From Candidatus Thorarchaeota archaeon (GTDB taxonomy: Archaea; Asgardarchaeota; Thorarchaeia; Thorarchaeales; Thorarchaeaceae), in assembly GCA_019057475.1 (NCBI GenBank), contig DXJO01000026.1, positions 1 through 58,194 of the forward strand: a DNA stretch of 58,194 nucleotides, written 5' to 3'. The notes under the pieces were generated by a model. The model was not told the DNA's origin. It did no database searches and worked only from the letters and a program-made list of their open reading frames with translations. This document shows, piece by piece, positions 38,925 through 48,009 of the stretch; the first letter of the stretch is position 1, and each line of letters opens with the position of its first letter. Both the position numbers and the translations under genes were made by a program.

Positions 38925-40871
38925 CTAGACTCCTCCCTCTTTCGTGTAATTCAGAAGACCTCCGGCCAACATGATTTTCCTCTCACGCTCAGAGAGCTCG
39001 TAGGCGACGGGAATATCGATATTCTTGGTCGTGTTCCGAATTGTTAACGCCTTTTCTCCCTTTTCTAGGGCTGTGCGAATACCCGCTATCTCCAGTGAAT
39101 CTCCAGCTTCAATCTTGTCAAAACCATCGGAGTCTGCAAACTCAACCGGAAGGATTCCAACGTTGATCAAATTCGCCTTGTGAATGCGGGCAAATGACTT
39201 CACCGCAACCACCCTGATTCCGAGATACATTGGTGCGAGCGCAGCATGTTCGCGGCTTGACCCTTGACCGTAGTTCTCGCCAGCAATGATAATTCCCCCA
39301 CCAGTCTCCTTGGACTCAAGTGCTCTCGTTGCAAATGTCGTATCCACCTGTGAAAAGACAAACTCGCTTATCTTGGGCAGATTTGATCTCAGGGGTAGGA
39401 TTTTAGCTCCTGCTGGCATGATGTGGTCAGTTGTTATGTCGTCTTCAACTTTGATTAGGGCATTCAACTTGGGCAGCTTTTCAGGAAGGGGTATAGCTTT
39501 CGGAAGCGATTGAATGTTCGGGCCACGTATTATCTCGATGTCTTCAGGATGATCGGAAGGTTCGAGAATCATCGAATCATCAATGTCGATGGAGGTTGGC
39601 ATCTCGATCTCGGGATATGAACCCAGTTTCCTTGGGTCCGTTATCTTCCCGTAGATTGCCGCCGCCACAGCGACCTCCGGACTGACAAGATAAGCTTCTG
39701 AATCTATCGTGCCGCTGCGGCCCCGAAAGTTGCGATTGAATGTTCTGATCGAAACACTTCCTGTTGGCGGTGCAAACCCCATGCCAATGCATGGACCACA
39801 ACCGCTCTCTAGGATTCTGCCTCCGCTTGAAATTATATCAGCCAACATTCCTTTCTCCGCTAAGTACTTCAACACCTGCCTAGACCCCGGTGATATTCCT
39901 AGGGTCGTTCTGGAATGGACCGTCTTGCCCTTGAGAAGGGCTGCAACCATTGCCATGTCTTTGATTGACGAGTTGGTGCACGAACCAATAGCCACTTGGT
40001 CTACTGATTTGCCTTCAAGCTCTGAAAGCGGCACAACATTCCCTGGGGAATGTGGCTTGGCTATCATAGGCTCCAGCTTGTTGAGGTTAATCTCAATCAC
40101 CTCATCGAAGTCTTCTTCCTGCCCGGCTGAAATGCTGACCCAATCGTCTTCTCGTTGCTGAAGTTTAAAGAACTCCTTTGTGATCTCATCTGATGGAAAA
40201 ATCGAGGTTGTCGCACCAGTTTCAGTGCCCATATTGGTAATGGTGGCTCGCTCAGTAACGGATAACGACTTCAGTCCAGGGCCGAAGTACTCCAAGATAT
40301 AGCCCCTTCCTCCTTTCACACCGATTCTTCTTAACACCTCAAGTATGATGTCCTTTGCTGATACGAAGTCGCGGAGTTTGCCAGTTAGTTTTATTCCCAT
40401 AATCTTGGGAACTGTTATGTAAAACAACCCGCCCCCCATCGCAACGGCCACGTCAAGTCCACCGGCACCTATGGAAATCATTCCCACTCCTCCTGAAGTC
40501 GGAGTATGGGAGTCAGATCCAATGAGAGTTGCTCCTGGCTTGGAGAACCTTTCAAGGAATACTTGATGGCAAATGCCATTTCCCGGTCGTGAGAAGAGTA
40601 TACCGTACTTGGCTGCAACTGACTGCAAGTACAAGTGATCATCAGCGTTCTTGAAATCAGATTGAAGCATATTGTGATCGACAACCGAAACGGAGAGTTC
40701 CGTCTTCACCTTGTCGAGACCCATCGCCTCGAATTGCAGGTATGCCATTGTACCTGTCGCGTCTTGTGTTAAAGTACGGTCTATCCTGATTCCAATTTCA
40801 TTGCCTGGGACGAGCTTGGAATCGCCCACTGCAACGTGTTTTGCAAGAATGCTTTTAGCAACCGACACCAT
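38925..40871 (-). CDS. acn: Aconitate hydratase
   Basis: QDATGT, GNGICHQ, DSHT, GSCTN, CGPCIG, FNRNF.GR, TTDHI.PAG, NYGQGSSREHAA. Start trimmed to ATG 40871 after AAGGTGA. Confidence 0.95.
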   Translation of the reverse strand: MVSVAKSILAKHVAVGDSKLVPGNEIGIRIDRTLTQDATGTMAYLQFEAMGLDKVKTELSVSVVDHNMLQSDFKNADDHLYLQSVAAKYGILFSRPGNGICHQVFLERFSKPGATLIGSDSHTPTSGGVGMISIGAGGLDVAVAMGGGLFYITVPKIMGIKLTGKLRDFVSAKDIILEVLRRIGVKGGRGYILEYFGPGLKSLSVTERATITNMGTETGATTSIFPSDEITKEFFKLQQREDDWVSISAGQEEDFDEVIEINLNKLEPMIAKPHSPGNVVPLSELEGKSVDQVAIGSCTNSSIKDMAMVAALLKGKTVHSRTTLGISPGSRQVLKYLAEKGMLADIISSGGRILESGCGPCIGMGFAPPTGSVSIRTFNRNFRGRSGTIDSEAYLVSPEVAVAAAIYGKITDPRKLGSYPEIEMPTSIDIDDSMILEPSDHPEDIEIIRGPNIQSLPKAIPLPEKLPKLNALIKVEDDITTDHIMPAGAKILPLRSNLPKISEFVFSQVDTTFATRALESKETGGGIIIAGENYGQGSSREHAALAPMYLGIRVVAVKSFARIHKANLINVGILPVEFADSDGFDKIEAGDSLEIAGIRTALEKGEKALTIRNTTKNIDIPVAYELSERERKIMLAGGLLNYTKEGGV

Positions 40872-40996
40872 TGTGAGATTCACCTTCTGTTTTACGACAC
40901 ATTTGTCCTCAGATTTGCTTGCATCGGACAAGAACGCCCATAAAATAGTGTCGCTTCGCACATCCAATAAGCAACAGTTAGCCCCACTACCCAGTC

Positions 40997-41563
40997 CTAC
41001 CCAATCTCACTACGGCCGTAGAAGAGTTCCCCTAGCCTCTTCATCGCATCACGAACGCATTCTTTCTTGCCGCTCACTTGCAGGTGTCTATCACCATCGA
41101 GTGATATCAATACACGACAGTCCTCCGCAAGCTCTGAAATTATCTCTACTGGAATCTCGTCGGGTAGCCGGATTCGGAAAAAACTAACATCCTTTTCCCT
41201 GGGCAAATCAGAAATGGGCATCGGTGGGTCCTCCGGAGCCACCTCTCCCCGTCCGTGAATGGCCTCATCGAATCTTGTTTCCCAGGCCTGTCTATATTGG
41301 ACACCATCCTTCTCTTCAGCCCATACCATCAGAGTTTCTCGAAGTCCTTGGACCTTGATCTCAATCTCATGCTGAAGATCGGCATCGCACTGCTCAGGCT
41401 GCTTGATTTCACTGCCGAATGACCTTAGATACTCGATAACCATCTTGCTATTCCTTAGATCTGCATAGACGAGGTTTGGAATGAAGACTCCCTTCGACCG
41501 CAGCTCTCCAAGTAGACTGTTCAGGACCATCCATCCTGCATGGAGGTCGTTAACTGACACCAA
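40997..41563 (-). CDS. DUF2096-like archaeal protein
   Basis: N-terminal W.VL..LL.ELR.KG..IP.....DLR..K pattern recalled from methanogen DUF2096. Starts 6 nt after the hdrA stop. Confidence 0.65.
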   Translation of the reverse strand: MVSVNDLHAGWMVLNSLLGELRSKGVFIPNLVYADLRNSKMVIEYLRSFGSEIKQPEQCDADLQHEIEIKVQGLRETLMVWAEEKDGVQYRQAWETRFDEAIHGRGEVAPEDPPMPISDLPREKDVSFFRIRLPDEIPVEIISELAEDCRVLISLDGDRHLQVSGKKECVRDAMKRLGELFYGRSEIG

Positions 41564-41569
41564 TGGCAG

Positions 41570-44500
41570 CTACTCCCTGAGCATCTCTTCTATCTGGTCG
41601 TAGAAGCTCTTCTCACGCCACCATCGGAGATCACGTGCTCCCGTTGGGCAGATGGAACAGCATGCTCCACATCCTTCACATGCAAGCTCGTTGGTGACGC
41701 TCTTCTTTACACCCGGCGATACTTCCACCATTGAAACTGCGTCGTAGGGGCAAATCTCCGAATAGTGGCATAGGTCACATCCAACACAGAGATCTTCGTC
41801 CACATCGGCTGTCAAAAGCTCGATGTTCACCGTACCGAGATTGAGCGGCGCACAGGCTGCGCTGGCAGCACCACGTGCCTGGTTGATTGAGTCTGACACG
41901 TTCTTTGCGTAGGTTGCACCCAAGAAGATGCCCGGGACAGTGGTTTCTACTGGTTTGAACTTCATATGGACCTCAAGCAGGAATCCATCTTGTCCTCGGT
42001 TGATTCCTAATGCCTTGGTGAGTTCGTTGACATCATGGGGTGCCTCCAAGCCAAGTGCAAGCACAACCATGTTGGATCGTATCTTGAAGGTCTCCTGGGA
42101 AAGAGTATCATATACTGTTACAATGGCCTCATCAGCATCAGGAGCTTTCTCAACGGTAACCGGTTTCTCTCTTATCCAGCGCAGATAGCTGACGCCCTTC
42201 TGACGGTTCTCCCGCCACATCTCCTCCATGTTGTTGGCGAATGGGCGGATGTGCTCCTTATAGGCCGAGAACACTCTGATGTCCGGGAACATCTCCTTCA
42301 GCTCGTGCTGCATAGTTATTACTGCAGAACAACACGCCCTCGAGCAGTATCTATTCCCCTCTCCTGGGCTCTGTCTTGAACCAACGCAGTGTATAAACAC
42401 CGGATTCTTTGGTGGCTTCTTGAGTTCTCCATTTCTTATCATGCGCTCGAGCTGGAGTGTTGTAATGACTCCTGGGACTTCCTCCCAACCGTACTCTCCC
42501 TTCTTTGGATCGTAGGTATCTGTGCCCGTTGTGATGACCATTGAGCCAATCGTGTGAACTTCCTGCTCTCCAGTTTCTGTATTCTGAATTGTTATCCCGT
42601 AGTTACCGTAGGACCCCTCCCTCAATACTGGCTTCGAGTTGAGCAGAACCTTGATCCGTTTCTCTTTCTCAACGCGTGCTGTGAGGTCGTCCACGATCTC
42701 TTGGGCGCTTTCCATCTTGGGGAATAGGTTGTATAGATCATTCAGCCTACCGCCAAGCTTGTTCTCCTTCTCAACAAGGATGACATCGAAGCCCTTCCGA
42801 GCAATGTCAAGCGCGGCACTCATTCCTGAAACCCCACCACCAACAATCATCGCAACTCGAGTCACGTCTACTGACTTGACAGGTACAATTTCATTATTGA
42901 TGGCCTTGGCGACGCCGGAACGAATCATGTCCTGCGCCTTCTCCTGACGAACATCTGGAGGGTCGTTCGCATTGACCAGCGCAATCATCTCTCTTAGCCC
43001 TACGGGCCCGACAAGATAGTAACCTGATATGCCAGCAGCCTCTAGTGCACGTCTGAAAGTGTCTTCATGTTGGAGTGGTGAGCATGAACCAACGACCACG
43101 CGATTCAGCTTGTGCTCTTTGATGGCTTCTGTAATGAACTCCTGACCGGGGTCGCTGCACATGAAAATATAGTCAATACTGTAAGCAACATTCGGAAGGT
43201 GACTAGCCCATTGTGCTAGGCCGGGCGAGTCTATTACGTTGCCAATGATTCCTCCGCAATGACAGATGAACACGCCAACTCTCGGCTCTTCTCCGACCTC
43301 CAGAGGTGGAACTGCTTCAGGTACGGGGGGGTGTGGGAGAGGTAGTATTGACTGTGCAGCCATAGCCGCACCCTTGCCCTCATTGACTGTGTCTGTGCCA
43401 TCCTTGGGTCCGTGGATGCATCCAGCCATGTATATGCCATCGCGGGTGGTCTCGAGAGCGCCGGAATTCGGGTTCTTCTCCTTCACCCAACCCGTTTCAT
43501 CGAGCTCGATGCCCAAGACCTTCGCAAGTTCCTCACTACCTTCAGCAGGCCTGAAGCTCGAGTTGAGAACGACCATGTTCACTTTGATCTCTTGAATCTC
43601 GCCTTTTTCGGTATCCTCTAGCTTCACCATGAGGTCGTGAGTGTCAGGGTCTTCATTAATCTCAGCAATCCTGCCGCGGATGAAGTCAATGTCCTGGTTG
43701 TGCTGCGAGTCCCAGAGGAACTCCTCCAGCAGTTTCCCGCAAGTGCGCATGTCCATGTAAGTGTAGATGATTTTACAGTGCTCCTTGGAATAGTGCATAC
43801 GAGTGACTTGGGCCAGCTTCAGTCCAAAAGAACAGCAGACCCTATTGCAATGATGACTATACCCCTCGATGTTTTCCCGAACGTCTCTTGACCCAACACA
43901 GTTCACGAACATGATGGTTTCAGGTTCCCTGCCATCAGAGGGACGAACCATGTGTGCATCAGTCGGTCCTGTTGGATGTGTCTGACGATCGTACTCTAGA
44001 GTTGTTACGACATTCGGAAACACACCGTAGCCGTATTCCGCATAGTCGGTTGGCTGATATTCCTCAAAGCCTGCAGCGTTTATAATTGCCCCAACGTTCA
44101 GGTCGTACTCCTTATCCTCGTCGTCGTACATGATGCAGTCCTGCGGACACACTGACGCGCATGTCCCACAGCCAATGCACGACTCTCGGTCGATGGCAGC
44201 CAACAGAGGAATCTGCTGTGGGAAATTCATGTATATCGCCTTGCGCAGCGATAGTCCCATGTCGTAATGGTTCGGGACCTCCACTGGGCAGGCCGCGATA
44301 CAGAGGCCGCAGCCAGTGCATTTGTTCTCGTCAACGTAGCGGGCTTTCTTGTGAATCGTCAGAGTGAAGTCGCCCGCTTTTCCTTTGACTTTCTTTACCT
44401 CTGAGAGAGAGTGTATTGTTATGTTCAGATGTTTGCCCACGAATGAGGTGAGTGGAGTCATGACGCAGGCGCTACATTCGAGCGCAGGAAATATTTTGTA

Positions 44501-44671
44501 GATGGCGACATAAGCCCCCCCGATGCTCACTGTCCTCTCAATCAGATGAGCATGATGACCGCCGTCAGCGAGGGCGAGGGCGGCGCTGATTCCTGCCATT
44601 CCAGCACCGATTATGGCAACGTCAGTGGGCTTGGGCTTTGCCGCTGACTTCTTTGTTGCCTTGCTGACCAT
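41570..44671 (-). CDS. hdrA: Second large HdrA-like flavoprotein (two FAD modules, no MvhD)
   Basis: GAGMAG, YKIFPALECSAC, CVGSRD..CNRVCC, GVFICHCG, GGGVSG, CVGSR..YCSRACC, ferredoxin motifs. Confidence 0.88.
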   Translation of the reverse strand: MVSKATKKSAAKPKPTDVAIIGAGMAGISAALALADGGHHAHLIERTVSIGGAYVAIYKIFPALECSACVMTPLTSFVGKHLNITIHSLSEVKKVKGKAGDFTLTIHKKARYVDENKCTGCGLCIAACPVEVPNHYDMGLSLRKAIYMNFPQQIPLLAAIDRESCIGCGTCASVCPQDCIMYDDEDKEYDLNVGAIINAAGFEEYQPTDYAEYGYGVFPNVVTTLEYDRQTHPTGPTDAHMVRPSDGREPETIMFVNCVGSRDVRENIEGYSHHCNRVCCSFGLKLAQVTRMHYSKEHCKIIYTYMDMRTCGKLLEEFLWDSQHNQDIDFIRGRIAEINEDPDTHDLMVKLEDTEKGEIQEIKVNMVVLNSSFRPAEGSEELAKVLGIELDETGWVKEKNPNSGALETTRDGIYMAGCIHGPKDGTDTVNEGKGAAMAAQSILPLPHPPVPEAVPPLEVGEEPRVGVFICHCGGIIGNVIDSPGLAQWASHLPNVAYSIDYIFMCSDPGQEFITEAIKEHKLNRVVVGSCSPLQHEDTFRRALEAAGISGYYLVGPVGLREMIALVNANDPPDVRQEKAQDMIRSGVAKAINNEIVPVKSVDVTRVAMIVGGGVSGMSAALDIARKGFDVILVEKENKLGGRLNDLYNLFPKMESAQEIVDDLTARVEKEKRIKVLLNSKPVLREGSYGNYGITIQNTETGEQEVHTIGSMVITTGTDTYDPKKGEYGWEEVPGVITTLQLERMIRNGELKKPPKNPVFIHCVGSRQSPGEGNRYCSRACCSAVITMQHELKEMFPDIRVFSAYKEHIRPFANNMEEMWRENRQKGVSYLRWIREKPVTVEKAPDADEAIVTVYDTLSQETFKIRSNMVVLALGLEAPHDVNELTKALGINRGQDGFLLEVHMKFKPVETTVPGIFLGATYAKNVSDSINQARGAASAACAPLNLGTVNIELLTADVDEDLCVGCDLCHYSEICPYDAVSMVEVSPGVKKSVTNELACEGCGACCSICPTGARDLRWWREKSFYDQIEEMLRE

Positions 44672-44737
44672 GCTCTGCATTCTCCGGGTTGTGGCTACAG
44701 CGACGGCGGGAACTAGCGGGGTGATATAATCTTTCTG
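44604..44737 (-). repeat. hdrA promoter and 5' end (intact copy of a 134-bp direct repeat)
   Basis: Aligns without gaps to 46000-46133 with 19 mismatches (hand count). Confidence 0.92.
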
Positions 44738-44780
44738 TCGGAGGCCAATACTAATGAGGGGCGGCCACTGCTAGGCGCAG

Positions 44781-45920
44781 TTAGTCGGGTGGTCCTTCCT
44801 CAGTTTTCAGCAGCGAATCGAGTTTCCAGGCCAGAAACAGTGCATAGATCAGTGGCGAGATTCCTAGGGATGCAACAGCTAGCGCTGGAAGGGGGTCTAC
44901 TCGCGGGAGGTATACGTCCCTACTGACTTCAACAGAAAATTGAATCTCAACGTCATTCTCGATTCTATCCAGTGATAGAGTGTGCGTCAACGTGTCGTTT
45001 ACAGGAAAGCTCAACCACCACTGCCCATCGATGGTGGCTTTCGCCAAGACCATCTGTTCCTCCTGAAAGCTGTCGGAGATACTGAGTAAAACCGGAGTTC
45101 CGTCATGAGTCATTGAATGCACCCGCATGGCGTAGCTCCCCGTGTCACTTGAATACGGGATTGTAAGATTGAAAGAGGCTTCAGAATGGGATTCGTTCAA
45201 AAAAGCCAAGTGTAGTTGGTCTGACACTATTTCTGTGTGTTTGATCAATCTATAGTCTTGCGCGTAATATCCTCTCAGAACCGGCGCAAACAGGGATGCG
45301 CAAAGTAGGATTAGAAGGATGACAGCTAATGGCCCTTGGCGTCGCGACCATCTTACTTGGGCTCGTGTCTCATCCCGCGATTTTCTTCTGCAATTCCTTT
45401 CAATGAGAATCAACCTATGCCCTGCATAGACACTCAATCCAAAGGATAGCAGAAGAACTCCCATATTCGATTGAATCAGAGAAACCGACCATACAATCGG
45501 AGGAGGTATTGCGTGCCATTCTCTGATTTCTATCGAAACAGCAACATCTTGGCCCTGCCAGGTGATATTTATCCACCATTCATTGACTGATGGCCTATCA
45601 ATGACGACTGGCACGCCAACAATCTCGGACACATTGCGTAGGTGCAAATAGGTTTCCGATAGACCGAGTGCCAAGATTGAAACATAGGTTTCATTTGTCC
45701 TCAGCTCGAAGAGCTCAACTCTCGTTATGTATGAAACAACATTGTGTTGAATAGTCGGACTTTCCTCGGACAGTGTAGTGCTGTATTTGTATGATTGAAA
45801 CCCCTCTATCGAATCATAAGAGTAGGAAGGCCATAGTGGAATCGAAATAGTGCCCAGTACGCCGAGGAGTAGCAAGACTGACATCATGACTACTCTGGGT
45901 CTGGAACAGTCAATTGACAT
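44781..45920 (-). CDS. Hypothetical membrane protein, apparently two TM-ectodomain-TM units
   Basis: Four hydrophobic segments separated by two beta-rich regions with similar WW motifs (NEWWINITW; GQWWLSFP). Confidence 0.6.
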   Translation of the reverse strand: MSIDCSRPRVVMMSVLLLLGVLGTISIPLWPSYSYDSIEGFQSYKYSTTLSEESPTIQHNVVSYITRVELFELRTNETYVSILALGLSETYLHLRNVSEIVGVPVVIDRPSVNEWWINITWQGQDVAVSIEIREWHAIPPPIVWSVSLIQSNMGVLLLSFGLSVYAGHRLILIERNCRRKSRDETRAQVRWSRRQGPLAVILLILLCASLFAPVLRGYYAQDYRLIKHTEIVSDQLHLAFLNESHSEASFNLTIPYSSDTGSYAMRVHSMTHDGTPVLLSISDSFQEEQMVLAKATIDGQWWLSFPVNDTLTHTLSLDRIENDVEIQFSVEVSRDVYLPRVDPLPALAVASLGISPLIYALFLAWKLDSLLKTEEGPPD

Positions 45921-45999
45921 CTAGTACTCCTCTTAAACAGAAAGCCAATGCATGTACTAGGGGAAGCTTTGCGAAAAGGTTTTCCATGGACTTCAACCC

Positions 46000-46133
46000 G
46001 CACCGATTATGGCAACGTCAGTAGGCTTGGACTTTGCCGATGACATCTTGGATGCCTTGCTGACCATGTTCTGTGTTCTCCAAACTATGGCTACAACGAC
46101 AGCGGGAACTAGCGGGGCGACACAATCTTTCTG
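46000..46133 (-). pseudogene. Decayed duplicate of the hdrA promoter and N-terminus
   Basis: Reads MVSKASKMSSAKSKPTDVAIIGAG*; the TATA box TTATAT is changed to TTGTGT. Confidence 0.9.
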
Positions 46134-46140
46134 AATATGG

Positions 46141-47535
46141 TCAGATTTTCTTGGCTAGGGAAACTACTGACACTGGTCCCTCACGGTCGGCGGCGTGGAG
46201 GTGCATTCCAACTCGGACGACGTAGACTGCTGCGGTAACGCCCGCATGCAGCATGATGGTGAAGAGTGCCCAAAGCGGAATGCCCAGAAGCACGAATACC
46301 AATATGTGAATGTTGTAGAGATTGCGTCGCCCAGCCACTCGTCGGAACCTTCGTTCAAATGGCCCGTAGTTGTCAAGGCTCTCTCCTATAGTTCTACTGA
46401 ATAAATCATAGACCATCCGGTAGAAGGCCATCAGAGTGATAGATCCAGCAGCCAGTAGGATGGGCAGCGTTCCCCAGAATGCGCTGAGGTAAGTTGCCAG
46501 TGCTATCAGCCAGGCGAATTCGAAGAGTAGATCAAAGGCGTGTTCTAGTTTGCCTAGCCGGGTGGCCTGCCGCCGGATTCGGGCCAGCTTCCCATCAACT
46601 CCATCCACTATCCCCACGACGAAAGTTAGCAGTGCTGCCGGCAGCAGCTGGCCAAAGAGAAAAAACGCAGCCGCTAGGTAGGCCACTACGTTGCTTGCCA
46701 CCGTAACCATGTTGGGGGTAACCCGTGTATCCGATAGATGGTAGGCCAGCGCAGTTTCAAGTGGTCGATTCAAATAGTGGGCTATGAAGTCCGAAGCGCC
46801 CCGCCCCTTCTGGGTGTACTTCGCCAAGATCCGCTTCGCCCGCTTCACATCCTCCTCAGTATCAACATCGACCCAGTAGTATCCGCTCACATCCAGAGTC
46901 TGCGCCTTCCCCTCTTCAGCCGCCAGTCTCACGCACTCCACAAACTCTGCTTTTCCTGCTTCCGCCGCCGCCATTGCATGCTTGAAAATCTTAGGGGAAC
47001 ACTTGAAGAAGCCTGTGTCCACACCGTTCCACACCGAAAGACCCTTGCCAGTATCGACAATCTTACCGTCGCGTTCCAGCACAAGAGTGTCATCAGGAGA
47101 ATACTGAACCCGATCCACCGCCAAGGCAAGAGCTCCGGTTAAATCCACTCGTTGTAGTTTCCTCACAATCTCTGGGTTGAAGATATGATCACCCATGCAG
47201 AGGATGAAGTCCTGATCACAGAAGCCGCGGGCCGCCAAGAAGGAATGGAGATTCCCTTGAGACCAGTGCTCAGCGCGGATGTACTGCATATTCAGCCCTG
47301 CATAATCCGTGCCAATCTGCTGCTGGACCCGATCCCCTTCACAGCCCACCACCACGTGAACTTCCACGATTCCCGCATCCCGCAAGGAACACAGCACTCT
47401 TTTCAACAGTGCAAGCCCAGCCACCGGATGTAGCTGTTTCAGTGTTTCTTCGCTCATCCGGCTGCCCTGTCCAGCTGCTAGGACTAGGGCGCACACCGTC
47501 TTGCGTTGTCCCAGAATTCCGGAGTCTGTTTTCAT
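46141..47535 (-). CDS. Bifunctional NTP-transferase / CDP-alcohol phosphotransferase (IPCT/DIPPS-like)
   Basis: LAAGQGSRM...K, MGDH, DTGFF, WVDVDT; then NRP.., TPNMVT, DGVDGKLAR and TM helices. Confidence 0.85.
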   Translation of the reverse strand: MKTDSGILGQRKTVCALVLAAGQGSRMSEETLKQLHPVAGLALLKRVLCSLRDAGIVEVHVVVGCEGDRVQQQIGTDYAGLNMQYIRAEHWSQGNLHSFLAARGFCDQDFILCMGDHIFNPEIVRKLQRVDLTGALALAVDRVQYSPDDTLVLERDGKIVDTGKGLSVWNGVDTGFFKCSPKIFKHAMAAAEAGKAEFVECVRLAAEEGKAQTLDVSGYYWVDVDTEEDVKRAKRILAKYTQKGRGASDFIAHYLNRPLETALAYHLSDTRVTPNMVTVASNVVAYLAAAFFLFGQLLPAALLTFVVGIVDGVDGKLARIRRQATRLGKLEHAFDLLFEFAWLIALATYLSAFWGTLPILLAAGSITLMAFYRMVYDLFSRTIGESLDNYGPFERRFRRVAGRRNLYNIHILVFVLLGIPLWALFTIMLHAGVTAAVYVVRVGMHLHAADREGPVSVVSLAKKI

Positions 47536-48009
47536 ACGTCCATCTTCCTACACTACCTTTCTTTCCAGCTTCTCCTAGCTCGCTCTGTGAGAATGGAGCG
47601 GTCTTGCGAGCTTAGTGCAAAGGCTTGACATTCATTGTCCTGCAAGGGGCCAAGGATTGGCAACGGTTGCATAGTACTCGAACGATCTTGGAAATTCAAT
47701 CCCAACTCTCGACACAAAAAAGGCCACGCCAACTCATCTACCGGAGTTTGCATACTCCCTTGATTCGCCGAGACGTGAACGGTCGATTATCTCATCATCA
47801 AACACTAGAATATGTTTCACCAGATAGTTTTGTGTGATAAAAGGTTTTCTCCACACGATTTCGTTACTCACAGGATTCCTCCTGTTGTTCTCATCAGGTT
47901 CGGATTTCTAGGTTTGGAACGATTCAAATAGACAGTACCATATCCTCATTCTTATTACATACTCCACGGCGCAACCCGCGTCATCATCTAGCATGGGGTG
48001 TCTGGACAG

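Noticed and set aside
34456-40871. Proof of autotrophic reverse TCA cycle
   Set aside because: Only the citrate to 2-oxoglutarate arm and a 2-oxoacid oxidoreductase are visible; direction and completeness cannot be determined here.
28324-44671. Selenocysteine recoding in HdrA/MvhD, known in some Asgard archaea
   Set aside because: Both hdrA frames and the MvhD domain are uninterrupted with Cys at the motif positions. No in-frame TGA needing readthrough was seen, and I recognised no SECIS.
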